Assembly (NCBI GenBank): GCA_030672255.1
Contig: DAOVGU010000202.1
Span: forward strand, 1-40,849
Source of the DNA: a bacterium
GTDB lineage: Bacteria > Ratteibacteria > UBA8468
DNA: 40,849 bases
Direction of reading: 5' to 3'
The notes under the pieces were generated by a model, which saw only the letters and a program-made list of their open reading frames with translations, did not search any database and had not been told where the DNA came from. A program made the translations under genes and the position numbers. How positions within the stretch are numbered: position 1 is the first letter of the stretch; the number at the start of each line of letters is the position of its first letter. Positions 26,172-35,560 of this stretch are shown here, in pieces.

Positions 26172-26464
26172 ATCTGTTTAAGCGTTCTTTGCCCCGGATA
26201 AGAAAGAGGTTCAAGCCAGAAAGATTATATCTTTTTGGTTCCCATGCTAAGGGAGAAGCCCTTGTTAATAGCGACTTAGATGTAGTTATAGTGTCTGAAC
26301 GCTTTGGGCATATAAAATTTATTGATCGCCTTAGTGCAGTCCTCGAACTTATTGAGCCAGCAGTAGCAATAGACCTGCTGTGCTATACACCTGAGGAGTT
26401 TAAGCGAAAGAGCCAAGAAATAGGAATAGTTAGGGAGTCATTGAAGCATAAAATAGACCTTTAG
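26144..26464 (+). CDS. minimal nucleotidyltransferase (MNT) domain protein
   Basis: LFGSHAKGEALVNSDLDVVIV is the GS-x9/10-DxD NTase motif. The gene overlaps the HEPN gene by 28 nt. Confidence 0.8.
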   Translation: MGEKKNRTIDLFKRSLPRIRKRFKPERLYLFGSHAKGEALVNSDLDVVIVSERFGHIKFIDRLSAVLELIEPAVAIDLLCYTPEEFKRKSQEIGIVRESLKHKIDL

Positions 26465-26526
26465 ATAAGAGAGATCTTGCCATCCCTCAGTTCTGAAATC
26501 CTTAAGAGACTTGCCCCCTTCATATT

Positions 26527-27495
26527 ATGTTTATCGATAGGGTAGATATATTTGTCAAGGCCGGAGACGGCGGTAATGGTGTTGTTGCTTTCCGGAGGGA
26601 GAAATTTGTCCCCAGAGGAGGACCTTCCGGGGGTGATGGCGGCAAGGGCGGAGATATTATCATTAAGGCCGATAGACATCTCAGAACCCTGCTTGATTTT
26701 CAGTATCGGCACCATTTTCGCGCGCAAAAAGGGGAAAATGGAAAAGGAAATAAGCAAACCGGCAAAGATGGGACTGATTTGATACTTAAGGTTCCCCCCG
26801 GCACCTTAATAGAGGAGGAAGAAGAAATTCTTATCGATTTGGTCAAAAATGAAGACTCTTTCTTAATAGTAAAAGGAGGGAAAGGTGGAAGGGGAAATGC
26901 CCGCTTTGCCACCTCCGTCAATCAGGCGCCAAAGTATAGCGAAAAAGGAGAAAAGGGCGAAGAAAAAAGATTAACCTTAGAGCTGAAACTGATTGCCGAG
27001 GCTGGTTTAATTGGCGAGCCCAACTCCGGAAAAAGCACCCTTCTCTCCAAGGTCTCCGCGGCCAGGCCAAAGGTTGCCGACTATCCATTTACCACATTGG
27101 AGCCAACCTTAGGAGTAGTAAAACTTGAGGAGGGAGAAAGCTTTGTTCTTGCCGATATCCCGGGGCTTATTGAGGGAGCCCATAAAGGGGCAGGTTTAGG
27201 GGATGAGTTCCTGCGCCATATTGAGCGGACAAAGGTTCTTGTTCATCTAATTGACCTCGCAGAGCCAAATCCTGCTCAACGTTATTTCCAATTACGCAAT
27301 GAACTGAAACTATACAATCCTTTGCTCCTTGAGAAACCTGAGATTCTCGTGGCCAATAAGATGGATCTATTAGAAGCCAAAGAAAACCTTAAAAATTTTA
27401 AGAAAGAAATAAAAAAAGAGGTAATCCCCATCTCCGCCCTCACCGGAAAAGGGGTAAAGGAACTTATCTGGAAGGTCTGGAAGGAAATCTCCTGA
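26527..27495 (+). CDS. obg: GTPase Obg/CgtA
   Basis: MFIDRVDIFVKAGDGGNGVVAFRREKFVPRGGPSGGDGGKGGDII is the Obg fold. The G motifs are GEPNSGKST, DIPGLIEGA and NKMD. Confidence 0.95.
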   Translation: MFIDRVDIFVKAGDGGNGVVAFRREKFVPRGGPSGGDGGKGGDIIIKADRHLRTLLDFQYRHHFRAQKGENGKGNKQTGKDGTDLILKVPPGTLIEEEEEILIDLVKNEDSFLIVKGGKGGRGNARFATSVNQAPKYSEKGEKGEEKRLTLELKLIAEAGLIGEPNSGKSTLLSKVSAARPKVADYPFTTLEPTLGVVKLEEGESFVLADIPGLIEGAHKGAGLGDEFLRHIERTKVLVHLIDLAEPNPAQRYFQLRNELKLYNPLLLEKPEILVANKMDLLEAKENLKNFKKEIKKEVIPISALTGKGVKELIWKVWKEIS

Positions 27496-27528
27496 GCCCG
27501 TTTAATCCCCCTGAATTGAAACAGTCCC

Positions 27529-27556
27529 TTGACAAATTATTTTTTTGGGGTATAAT
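27529..27556 (+). promoter_or_regulatory. near-consensus sigma70 promoter upstream of the IclR-family gene
   Basis: TTGACA (27529-27534), 16-nt spacer, TATAAT (27551-27556). Confidence 0.65.
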
Positions 27557-27606
27557 TCTATATAGTTGAATAATAGTCCATAATGTTGGATAAAATAACT
27601 TAGAAA

Positions 27607-28362
27607 ATGATGGTTCAATCGGTGGAGCGGGCATTAAATATCTTGGAGGAGTTAGGCCGGATTAAGGATGAATCCAAAGGCATTGGCGTTTTGGAACTAA
27701 GCAGAATCCTTGAACTTAAAAGTTCTACCGCCCATAACCTTTTAAAGACTTTGCTCCAGCATCAATATGTGGAGAAGATAGAGGAAACAAAAAAATATCG
27801 GCTGGGGCAAAATTGCTATAATTTAGTGAAGGAAAAATTAATAACCAACAGGTTGGCAAAATCTGCTGAACCGACCATCCTTAATCTCAGCCAAAAGCTC
27901 AACGAATCCATTGTCCTGGCGGTTTACCACCAGGGAGAAAGATTCGTTATCTCTAAGGTAGAGAGCCAGCAACCCTTGAAGGTGGATATGAGTTTTTCCC
28001 TTGCTCCTGATGCCTATCACCCAGTAACTGGGCGAGTTTTACTCAGCCAACTCACCAATGAAGAGTTAAAGGACTATACCAAGCGCCATGGATTTCCCGG
28101 TAAGCGGTGGAACGGAATCAGTGATTTTGCCTCCCTGCAGAAAGAATTAATAAAAATTAAGCGAGAAGGAATGGCAATTCGACAAAATAAAGATGAGCAA
28201 ATTTGTGCCTTAGCCGTTCCCATTATGGGAGGAAGGGAAAGGTTAATTGCCGCTTTAGGCATATACTTACCTTTAGTCAGGTTTAGAGGAAAGCACAAAA
28301 GAGAGATTATAAAAGGATTAAAGGATGCCGCTAAGAATATCTCAATGAGGTTTAATTATTAG
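27607..28362 (+). CDS. IclR-family transcriptional regulator
   Basis: [14 protein letters not shown]...[27 protein letters not shown] is the wHTH, followed by a C-terminal effector domain of typical length. Confidence 0.85.
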   Translation: MMVQSVERALNILEELGRIKDESKGIGVLELSRILELKSSTAHNLLKTLLQHQYVEKIEETKKYRLGQNCYNLVKEKLITNRLAKSAEPTILNLSQKLNESIVLAVYHQGERFVISKVESQQPLKVDMSFSLAPDAYHPVTGRVLLSQLTNEELKDYTKRHGFPGKRWNGISDFASLQKELIKIKREGMAIRQNKDEQICALAVPIMGGRERLIAALGIYLPLVRFRGKHKREIIKGLKDAAKNISMRFNY

Positions 28363-28394
28363 GAGAAATTGCGGATAAAACGCAGGGGGTCAAG

Positions 28395-29416
28395 ATGGAA
28401 TATTTGCCAATGCAAAAAAATGTTCCAGTAGCAAAGAAAGTGGACGTTGTTGTTTGTGGCGGGGGGCCGGCAGGGTTAGCGGCGGCGATTGCCGCAGCAA
28501 GAAATGGGGCGCAAACTCTCCTGATAGAACAACTTAATTGTTTGGGGGGAATGGCCACTGCAGGCTTGGTCGGTCCTTTTGTGGCGACCGCCGGTGAAAA
28601 AGGGGGTATCTACAAAGAACTTCTTGAGCGGTTAGAAAAAAATAAGGGCGCGGAAGGTAGGGGTTTTGATGTAGAATCCCTTAAATATTTTGCTCAGATA
28701 ATCTGTGAAGAAACCGGAGTAAAATTCCTTCTGCATACTTTTGTCTGTGGCGTTGTAAGGGAGAAGTTACCCTTCCTGATTATGTTAACCATATCTGGGG
28801 CAGCAAGGGGAGTACCATCCGGAAGGGAGAGATATCCCTTAACCTTGATATGACTACCGGCATTGATGGAACAAGCCCTGAAGTATTAACGCAAGCCGAA
28901 GTTGAAGGAAGAAGATTGGTCTGGGAATGCATCAGATTCATTCGTAAATATGTTCCTGGGGCAGAAAATGCTTATCTTTCTAAAACCCCTTTTCTTTATG
29001 GAATCAGGGAGACCCGGATGATCTTAGGGGAATATCTTCTTACGGAAGATGATGTATTGAAAGCAAGGAAGTTTAAGGACGGAATTGCCAAAGACTCCTT
29101 TTTTATCGACATTCATGGTCCACACTTACAGGATAAAGAGTGGGTGAAATCCCATCGTGTTCCTGAAGGCGATTGGTATGAGATTCCCTACCATTGCCTT
29201 CTGCCCAAGGATATAGATAATTTGCTCACCGCGGGAAGGTGTATCTCTTCTGACCGGGAAGCCAACGGTTCTTTAAGAATTATGCCCACCTGTATGGCCA
29301 CGGGGCAAGCGGCCGGAACGGCAGGAGCAATGGCAATAAAGGGAAAGATAAAACCCAGAGAGATAAAAGGAGAAAAGCTTCGGGAAATCTTAATTTCTCA
29401 AGGAGCAGATTTATAA
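28395..29416 (+). pseudogene. FAD-dependent oxidoreductase (FAD_oxidored-type), frameshifted with an apparent internal deletion
   Basis: [37 protein letters not shown] is the dinucleotide fold. The frame breaks near 28770-28850. The C-terminal part (RCISSDREANGSLRIMPTCMATGQAAG) is in another frame. The parts total about 340 aa, and the central IDATGD-type region is not seen. Confidence 0.6.
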
Positions 29417-29428
29417 GCAAAAAAGTAA

Positions 29429-29505
29429 TCCCCCACCCTCCCCCTATAGGTGGGGAGGGCTCCCATCCGGTGGATGAGATGGAGGGAAAGAGGGAAGGGG
29501 GAAAA
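29429..29505 (+). repeat. GC-rich palindromic element, copy 3 (intergenic)
   Basis: cccccaccctccccctataggtggggagggctccc...ggagggaaagagggaagggggaaaag. Confidence 0.75.
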
Positions 29506-29516
29506 GTGAGGAAACA

Positions 29517-30566
29517 ATGGACAGATTAACAAAAGAAGTAAAAAAATATGCTAAGAAGTGCGGAGCCGATATTGTTGGAATCACCTCAATGGAGAGGTTT
29601 GAGGGTTTGTCAAAACAGATGGACCCTCGCCATATCTTCCCAGAGGCAAAATCAATGATTGTCATCGGTTTCCGTATCTTCAGGGGTGTTTTTAGAGGTA
29701 TTGAGGAAGGAACCTTTTTCGCTCCCTATTCAATTATGGGCTATGAGGGAACACGCTGGGTGTTTCAGCCGGTTGTCCTCTGGAATTTCACCAAGTTGCT
29801 CGAAAACAAAGGTTACGAAGCAATACCGATACCGGATAATTTTCCCTGGAGCAATATCGAGAACCTTGACCCGGACGATATTGGTCAGAACTTCATCAAT
29901 GTGAATCCATCACAAGTTGGCAATGCAAATGGCAACTGGAGCAAATCTGTCTCTCCAGGAAAGCCCGCTCCGGATGTCTTTTTTCAATTGAAAATTGCTG
30001 CCTTTTGTGCAGGCTTGGGTGAGATAGGTTATAGTGGAATGTTTCTGACTCCTGAGTTTGGGCCGAGACAGATGTTTGCGGCGATTATTACCGATGCTTC
30101 TTTGCGACCTGACCCTTTATTTGAAGGAAAGCTCTGCGATAACTGTATGGCTTGCGTCGAAGAATGCCCGGCACATGCTATATCAAAAACCGAAAAGGTC
30201 AAGATTACTGTAGCGGGAAGAAAACTGGAATGGGCAAAACTGGATTTTAATAAATGCAGTGTTGCTTTTCACGGCGGGGTTAAGGAATATAATCCATTTA
30301 TGATTACGACTGAGGACGAAAAGGGGTTTGCCCAGCAACCCTATACTAAATCTATGAAGTATAAACTCGGGCCCGTTTACTGGTACGGTAGAGGGCTTGA
30401 GGGAATGCGCGGTTGCCAGATTGCCTGCATGGTTCATCTGGAGGAGCAAGGCAAACTCAAGAATGTTTTTAAGGGGTCTGTCCGCAAAAGAAAACCCTGG
30501 AGGGCGGAATGGAAGTTAGAGTCAAAAGTCAAAAAAGAGGAGAAGAGAATAAAGGTAGATGAATGA
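29517..30566 (+). CDS. QueG / reductive-dehalogenase-like Fe-S protein, paralogue 1
   Basis: LTKEVKKYAKKCGADIVGITS...EAKSMIVIG...LKIAAFCAGLGEIGYSGMFLTPEFGPRQMFAAIITDASLRPD...LCDNCMACVEECPAHAI parallels B. subtilis QueG (AVAERAGIGFSAKNCMITTPEYGSYVYLAEMITN...CGSCTKCLDACPTGAL). There is one CxxCxxCxxxCP motif, plus KCSVAFHGG and GCQIACMVH. Confidence 0.65.
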   Translation: MDRLTKEVKKYAKKCGADIVGITSMERFEGLSKQMDPRHIFPEAKSMIVIGFRIFRGVFRGIEEGTFFAPYSIMGYEGTRWVFQPVVLWNFTKLLENKGYEAIPIPDNFPWSNIENLDPDDIGQNFINVNPSQVGNANGNWSKSVSPGKPAPDVFFQLKIAAFCAGLGEIGYSGMFLTPEFGPRQMFAAIITDASLRPDPLFEGKLCDNCMACVEECPAHAISKTEKVKITVAGRKLEWAKLDFNKCSVAFHGGVKEYNPFMITTEDEKGFAQQPYTKSMKYKLGPVYWYGRGLEGMRGCQIACMVHLEEQGKLKNVFKGSVRKRKPWRAEWKLESKVKKEEKRIKVDE

Positions 30567-30584
30567 TTATTTTGGAGGAATAGT

Positions 30585-31541
30585 ATGTTAACATCTGAAA
30601 AAATAAAGAAGTATGCCAAGAGTTGCGGGGCTGATATTGTCGGCATCACATCAATGGGGAGGTTTGAGGGCGCGCCAAAACAGATGGACCCAAGATACAT
30701 TTTCCCTGAAGCAAAATCAATGATTGTGATGGGCTTTCGCCATTTCAGAGGGGTTTTTCGGGGCATTGAGGAGGGAACCTTCTTCACCGCTTATTCGGCA
30801 ATGGGTTATGCGGGAATAAACTATATCCAGCAGCCATTGGTTCTCTGGAATGTAAGCAGAATAATTGAGGATGAAGGATATGAAGCGGTTCCTATACCGA
30901 ACAATTTCCCGTGGGGTAACACAGCTACAAGCGGCCAAAATCCGGAAAAAACCGGTAAGATGAATCCAGATCTTAGCAGACCTGTCTCGCCGGATAGGCC
31001 TGCCCCTAATGTTTTTCTTCAGTTAAGAATTGCGGCATTTTGTGCCGGCTTAGGCGAGATAGGTTATAGCAAGATGTTTCTGTCTCCTGAGTTCGGACCA
31101 AGGCAAAGACTTGCCGCAATTATCACCGATGCACCTTTAACGCCAGATTCCTTATTTAAGGGAAAACTCTGTGATAAGTGTATGCTCTGTGTTAAGGCTT
31201 GTACAGTGCAGGCAATACCAAAGGATAGGACGGTCAAGATTACTGTAGCGGGAAGAAAACTGGAATGGGCAGACATAGATATGCGAAAATGCAGTGTTGG
31301 TTTTTGTGGTGGGAGCAAACATGCCAATCCATTTATGGTTACCTCTGAGGATGAGAAAAGGTTTAAACAGGAAGTAGGCAACGCTCAAAGGTATAAACTT
31401 CACCCGATGTATGTCTATGCCCGGGCACTCGAAGGGGCGGCGGGTTGCATCCGTGCGTGTATGATTCACTTAGAACAAAAAGGAGTATTAAAAAACAAAT
31501 TCAAACACCCCTTTAGAAAAAGAAAACCCTGGAGGTTATAA
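30585..31541 (+). CDS. QueG / reductive-dehalogenase-like Fe-S protein, paralogue 2
   Basis: It has the same architecture as paralogue 1 and high identity to it (LRIAAFCAGLGEIGYSKMFLSPEFGPRQRLAAIITDAPLTPD...CDKCMLCVKACTVQAI). Confidence 0.65.
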   Translation: MLTSEKIKKYAKSCGADIVGITSMGRFEGAPKQMDPRYIFPEAKSMIVMGFRHFRGVFRGIEEGTFFTAYSAMGYAGINYIQQPLVLWNVSRIIEDEGYEAVPIPNNFPWGNTATSGQNPEKTGKMNPDLSRPVSPDRPAPNVFLQLRIAAFCAGLGEIGYSKMFLSPEFGPRQRLAAIITDAPLTPDSLFKGKLCDKCMLCVKACTVQAIPKDRTVKITVAGRKLEWADIDMRKCSVGFCGGSKHANPFMVTSEDEKRFKQEVGNAQRYKLHPMYVYARALEGAAGCIRACMIHLEQKGVLKNKFKHPFRKRKPWRL

Positions 31542-31543
31542 AA

Positions 31544-32575
31544 ATGAAATTCGCAATAGGCTATCAACTTCCTGAAGAAGACGAGGAACCCTTCACAGAG
31601 ATTGTCAGGGATTTCCGCGAGGATGTAGAAGAGGTTTACTTTCCCTGGCTGGATATGCCCAGTGGTCGTTCTCCAATGACAATGCGGGATGGTGTTGTTG
31701 ACTGGAACGGTCAGCGCAAACTGGAAGAGGAACTAAAGAAATTCAAGAAGATGGGCATTAAACTGGACTTACTCTTAAACGCCAACTGTTATGGCCGGAA
31801 CAGTTTGTCGCAGCATCTCAAAAATCTCGTATGCTCGATTGTCGCCCACCTGAAGGAAACAACAGGACTGGATGTGGTTACAACCGCCTCCCTGATGATT
31901 GCCAGAACGGTAAAGGAAAATTTTCCCGAGATAGACGTTCGCGCCTCGGTGAATATGAGAATTGGCACGATAAAGGCGATGGAGTATGTAGCAGACCTCT
32001 TTGATAGTTTCTATATCCAGAGGGAATACAACCGGGACTTCAAGAGAATAAGAGAAATAAAAAAGTGGACGGACAAACAAGGCAAGGGATTATGTCTTCT
32101 CGCAAACAGCGGTTGTTTGAATTTCTGTTCAGGACAGGTCTTTCACGATAACCTTGTCGCCCATGAGGCAGAGATATCGGCAATGAATAACATTGAGGGC
32201 TGGAACCCAAGTGTGTGCTGGAATTACTACAAAAAAAGGGAGAACCGGGTTACCTTCTTAGAGAACTCCTGGATAAGGCCTGAGGATTTACACAACTACG
32301 ACACTTATTTCCCGATGGCGAAACTCGCCACGAGGATGCATGCCCATCCCCGGAAAGTTATTCAGGCCTACTGCGAGCAGAGATTTCAGGGAAACTTGCT
32401 TGACCTTCTTGAACCAGGTCACGGTCCAATATTTTCTGACTATCTCATTGATAATGCAAAATTTCCCGAAGATTGGTTCAAAAGAACGAGCACCTGTGAT
32501 AAGAAATGTCATCAATGCAACTATTGTTCAGAGGTCTTAAAAAAAGTCCTGGTAAGAATTGGCCTCCATGGTTAA
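31544..32575 (+). CDS. Cys-rich TIM-barrel-like protein, possibly U32 (collagenase/UbiV-like) family
   Basis: The N-terminus MKFAIGYQL...VEEVYFPW...SGRS and the NSGCLNFCSGQ motif recall U32-family proteins. There is a C-terminal cluster CDKKCHQCNYC. The assignment is tentative. Confidence 0.3.
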   Translation: MKFAIGYQLPEEDEEPFTEIVRDFREDVEEVYFPWLDMPSGRSPMTMRDGVVDWNGQRKLEEELKKFKKMGIKLDLLLNANCYGRNSLSQHLKNLVCSIVAHLKETTGLDVVTTASLMIARTVKENFPEIDVRASVNMRIGTIKAMEYVADLFDSFYIQREYNRDFKRIREIKKWTDKQGKGLCLLANSGCLNFCSGQVFHDNLVAHEAEISAMNNIEGWNPSVCWNYYKKRENRVTFLENSWIRPEDLHNYDTYFPMAKLATRMHAHPRKVIQAYCEQRFQGNLLDLLEPGHGPIFSDYLIDNAKFPEDWFKRTSTCDKKCHQCNYCSEVLKKVLVRIGLHG

Positions 32576-32623
32576 GAACTCACGGGGTATAAGAAAATCT
32601 CCCCCAGGTTTAATTATTAAGGA

Positions 32624-33224
32624 ATGAAAATGACACCTAAAGAAAATTTATTAACTGTCTTCCAGCATAAAAATCCTCAGTGGGTGCCCTGCACCCCGCA
32701 TATAGCTAATGAATATAACATTCCTGGCCAATTACCTGAAGAACTTTTAAAAAAGCCTCTGGATCGGCTTAAAATTATCAGATATTTAGGCGGGGATGTG
32801 CTCTACCAAATTTTCCCTGTTAAAGGTATTGAATCCCCGGGAATAAAAAGAAGGAGCGAACGAAAAGGCGATGTCGTAATTAACAATATTGAAACATCGG
32901 TAGGCAATCTTTCTTCAAAAACAAAGACAACTTCAATTGAATCGCCAGTCTATGCTGAAATGGATAAAAGCCTTGTTTCTGTCGGTTCTATTGAGCTGAG
33001 TAGAATAATAGAATTCCCGATAAAATCTGTTCAGGATTGACCCTCCTATTTTACTTGAGGGCAATCCTGAAAAGGTCTCTGCTACTGTAATAGAGATGTT
33101 AAGGGGAGTAGCCCCGGCTGACAATTTCATTCTTATTATACCCTGTGGACGAGCACCTTTGCAGAATTTGCGCGCAGCTATTAGCACTATGAAAGAATAC
33201 GGCAAATATCCGGTGAAAATTTAA
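32624..33224 (+). pseudogene. uroporphyrinogen-decarboxylase (URO-D)/MtaA-like gene, internally deleted and frameshifted
   Basis: The N-terminus is MTPKENLLTVFQHKNPQWVP. The C-terminal piece is in another frame (IDPPILLEGNPEKVSATVIEMLRGVAPADNFILIIPCGRAPLQNLRAAISTMKEYG). The pieces total about 200 aa, against roughly 340 expected. Confidence 0.5.
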
Positions 33225-33244
33225 GGAAAAAGGAGAAGAGAGAA

Positions 33245-35494
33245 ATGGATAGATTGACTAAGGAAGTAAAGGAATATGCTAAGAAGTGTGGAGCAGATTT
33301 AATCGGGATAGCTCCGGTGGAAAGGTTTAAGAATGCACCCTTGCGAATGAGCCCGAAAGGGCTTTTGCCTTCAGCTAAATCAGTAATTGTCGTCGCGGTT
33401 CATCATCTGGATGCTTCGGTAGAATTGGGAGGTGAGCCATCTCCTCACGACGGAGGTCCTTATTGGGGGCAGAGTTCGGCAATGAATCCTAAATTGGATG
33501 ATATCGCTTTCCTTTTAGCTCGTTTTTTGGAGGAGAAGGGATATAAAACCTTACCCATTCCGGTTACCAATATCTGGCGGTATAAAGGGTATAAAGATTT
33601 GAAAGTTGACTTTGCTCCGGATTTGGTGCATCGCTATGCGGCGGTAGCCGCCGGATTGGGAGAAATTGGTTGGAGCGGGTTGTTTCTTTCCCCGCAATTT
33701 GGTCCCCGGCAACGGTTAACCTCCATCATTACCGAGGCAGAACTTACTCCCGACCCGATGTATTCGGGAAAATCCTTATGCGATAAATGTATGGAATGCG
33801 TAAAGCATTGTCCTACGGATGCCTTTCGCAAAGAGGTAAAGAAGATAAACAAGATTGAAATTGGCGGAAAAGTTTTTAAGTTCCCGGATACGAATAAATG
33901 GCGCTGCGCCTGGGCGGAGAATTTTGCACTGAGTTTAGACCTGAAAATTCCGGAAAAGGTGGACGAAAAGGTAATCTTAGATACTCAGGAAAAATATGGA
34001 CAGCGTGGAGGAGAAGAAGGAAGTTGCTTAAAATACTGTATGGTTCCGGATAGAAGGTACTATGATAAGAAATACACATCTGCTCCTCATAGAAGGAAAG
34101 AAAAATTGAATATTTCTGCTAAAAAAATTGCTAATAAAATCAAAGAAATGGCCAAAGAGAGCTTCGTAGAACTTTTGGCAATCGGCAATAAAAAAGATTT
34201 CAAAGATAATCCATTTGTGCATCCGGAATTTCATCTGCCGGATGCCGAATCAATCATTTGCCTGGGGATAGAAGTATCGGCTAACGAAGAAAACCCTGAT
34301 TTTAAAGGAGCAGTCTTAAGAAGATTAAATTATATTGAGTTTGAAATCGCCCATTATCTGGACATAACTGGCTATTCCGCGGTTACAAAAACTAAAATAG
34401 CCGATGATTTGGTTGCCCAGCAATTAGGGATTTACCAGAGTAACCTCTATTTTACCAGCGTTTTAACCAATGCCAAATTGCCGAAATTGAAGCGGGACAC
34501 AAAGATAAAGAAAAAAACAAAAATAGAAAAGGAAGATTTAAAAAGATTCTCTCGGGAAAGAGGAGCAGATCTTGTAGGGTTCTTTTCGCAGAAGAGGTTC
34601 GAGGAATTTAAGAATAGCGTCCTTAAAACAAGATTGCTTTCCCAAAAGGAGAATTTTTATATCGAGGATAAAGGAGCAGGATACGGATCTTATATTCCTG
34701 AGGTCAAGCCGATTAATCCCGAGTTAAGAACCCCACAAGATTATTTATCCGGAGCAAAGTCGGTTATTGTGCTTGGTTTACATTTCCCGGATGCCTGTCT
34801 GGATACCGCGAAGATAACACCGGCCGAGACAGTTGGTCCTTACGCTTTTGCTCATTATGAAACACTATTTCTTCTCCGGGATAAGGCAATTAATATCGTA
34901 AAGTATATCCAGCAGAGAGGGTATCAAGCAACTATCAGTTATGACCTTTGTGGAATGGCTTCTTTGGTTAAAAGTTCACGGGGGATGCTGCCCGATAGCC
35001 GGGCTAATCGATTCGCCGCGATTCTTTCAGGTTTGGGGTATATCGGGGATAATGGTATTCCCTTAACGGAAAAATATGGCTCACGGCAGCGATTTATCTC
35101 TATCATCACCGACTATCCCTTTTCCGATGACCCGCTCTATGATGGAGAGATAATCTGTCAAAAATGCTCTCATCTCTGCATTAAAGCCTGCCCCACCAAG
35201 GCAATTAGAGAGAAAAAAATATCATTTTCTATAGAAGGAAAACAGTTTACTTTTCCCGAAATCGATACCAAGCGTTGTGATTGGGCTAAAAGATATGGTC
35301 TTGTCGGTAAAGGAGGTCCTGCCTATTATGGCCTAAAGACAGACTCTCCCCTTCCCCGAGGAAGAATAACCCCGGAGAAAATAGCTGCAGCATTGAGTAA
35401 AATAAAATGGGGAGTACAGAAGAGACATATCAATATCTGCGAGGAATGCATCAGGCTCTGCCCGGCACACAAAAATTCTAAGCCTTCAATATAA
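33245..35494 (+). CDS. tandem fusion of two QueG / reductive-dehalogenase-like modules (paralogues 3 and 4)
   Basis: Module 1: MDRLTKEVKEYAKKCGADLIGIA...YAAVAAGLGEIGWSGLFLSPQFGPRQRLTSIITEAELTPD...CDKCMECVKHCPTDAF. Module 2: LKRFSRERGADLVGFF...FAAILSGLGYIGDNGIPLTEKYGSRQRFISIITDYPFSDD...CQKCSHLCIKACPTKAI...CEECIRLCP. Confidence 0.65.
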   Translation: MDRLTKEVKEYAKKCGADLIGIAPVERFKNAPLRMSPKGLLPSAKSVIVVAVHHLDASVELGGEPSPHDGGPYWGQSSAMNPKLDDIAFLLARFLEEKGYKTLPIPVTNIWRYKGYKDLKVDFAPDLVHRYAAVAAGLGEIGWSGLFLSPQFGPRQRLTSIITEAELTPDPMYSGKSLCDKCMECVKHCPTDAFRKEVKKINKIEIGGKVFKFPDTNKWRCAWAENFALSLDLKIPEKVDEKVILDTQEKYGQRGGEEGSCLKYCMVPDRRYYDKKYTSAPHRRKEKLNISAKKIANKIKEMAKESFVELLAIGNKKDFKDNPFVHPEFHLPDAESIICLGIEVSANEENPDFKGAVLRRLNYIEFEIAHYLDITGYSAVTKTKIADDLVAQQLGIYQSNLYFTSVLTNAKLPKLKRDTKIKKKTKIEKEDLKRFSRERGADLVGFFSQKRFEEFKNSVLKTRLLSQKENFYIEDKGAGYGSYIPEVKPINPELRTPQDYLSGAKSVIVLGLHFPDACLDTAKITPAETVGPYAFAHYETLFLLRDKAINIVKYIQQRGYQATISYDLCGMASLVKSSRGMLPDSRANRFAAILSGLGYIGDNGIPLTEKYGSRQRFISIITDYPFSDDPLYDGEIICQKCSHLCIKACPTKAIREKKISFSIEGKQFTFPEIDTKRCDWAKRYGLVGKGGPAYYGLKTDSPLPRGRITPEKIAAALSKIKWGVQKRHINICEECIRLCPAHKNSKPSI

Positions 35495-35560
35495 TCTTTT
35501 CCTCTTATAATCAACGATTTGGAATTTTTATTGTAGATATAATTTCTATATATACGGAAA

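Noticed and set aside
29444-30787. Antisense ORFs 29444-29665 and 30434-30787 encode similar peptides (TIIDFASGK...SICF..PSNL.I.V.PTISAP.LLAYFF), which looks like a conserved hidden gene.
   Set aside because: They lie opposite the conserved 5' ends of the two paralogous QueG-like genes. The similarity simply mirrors the sense-strand paralogy, and they have no independent start or RBS support.
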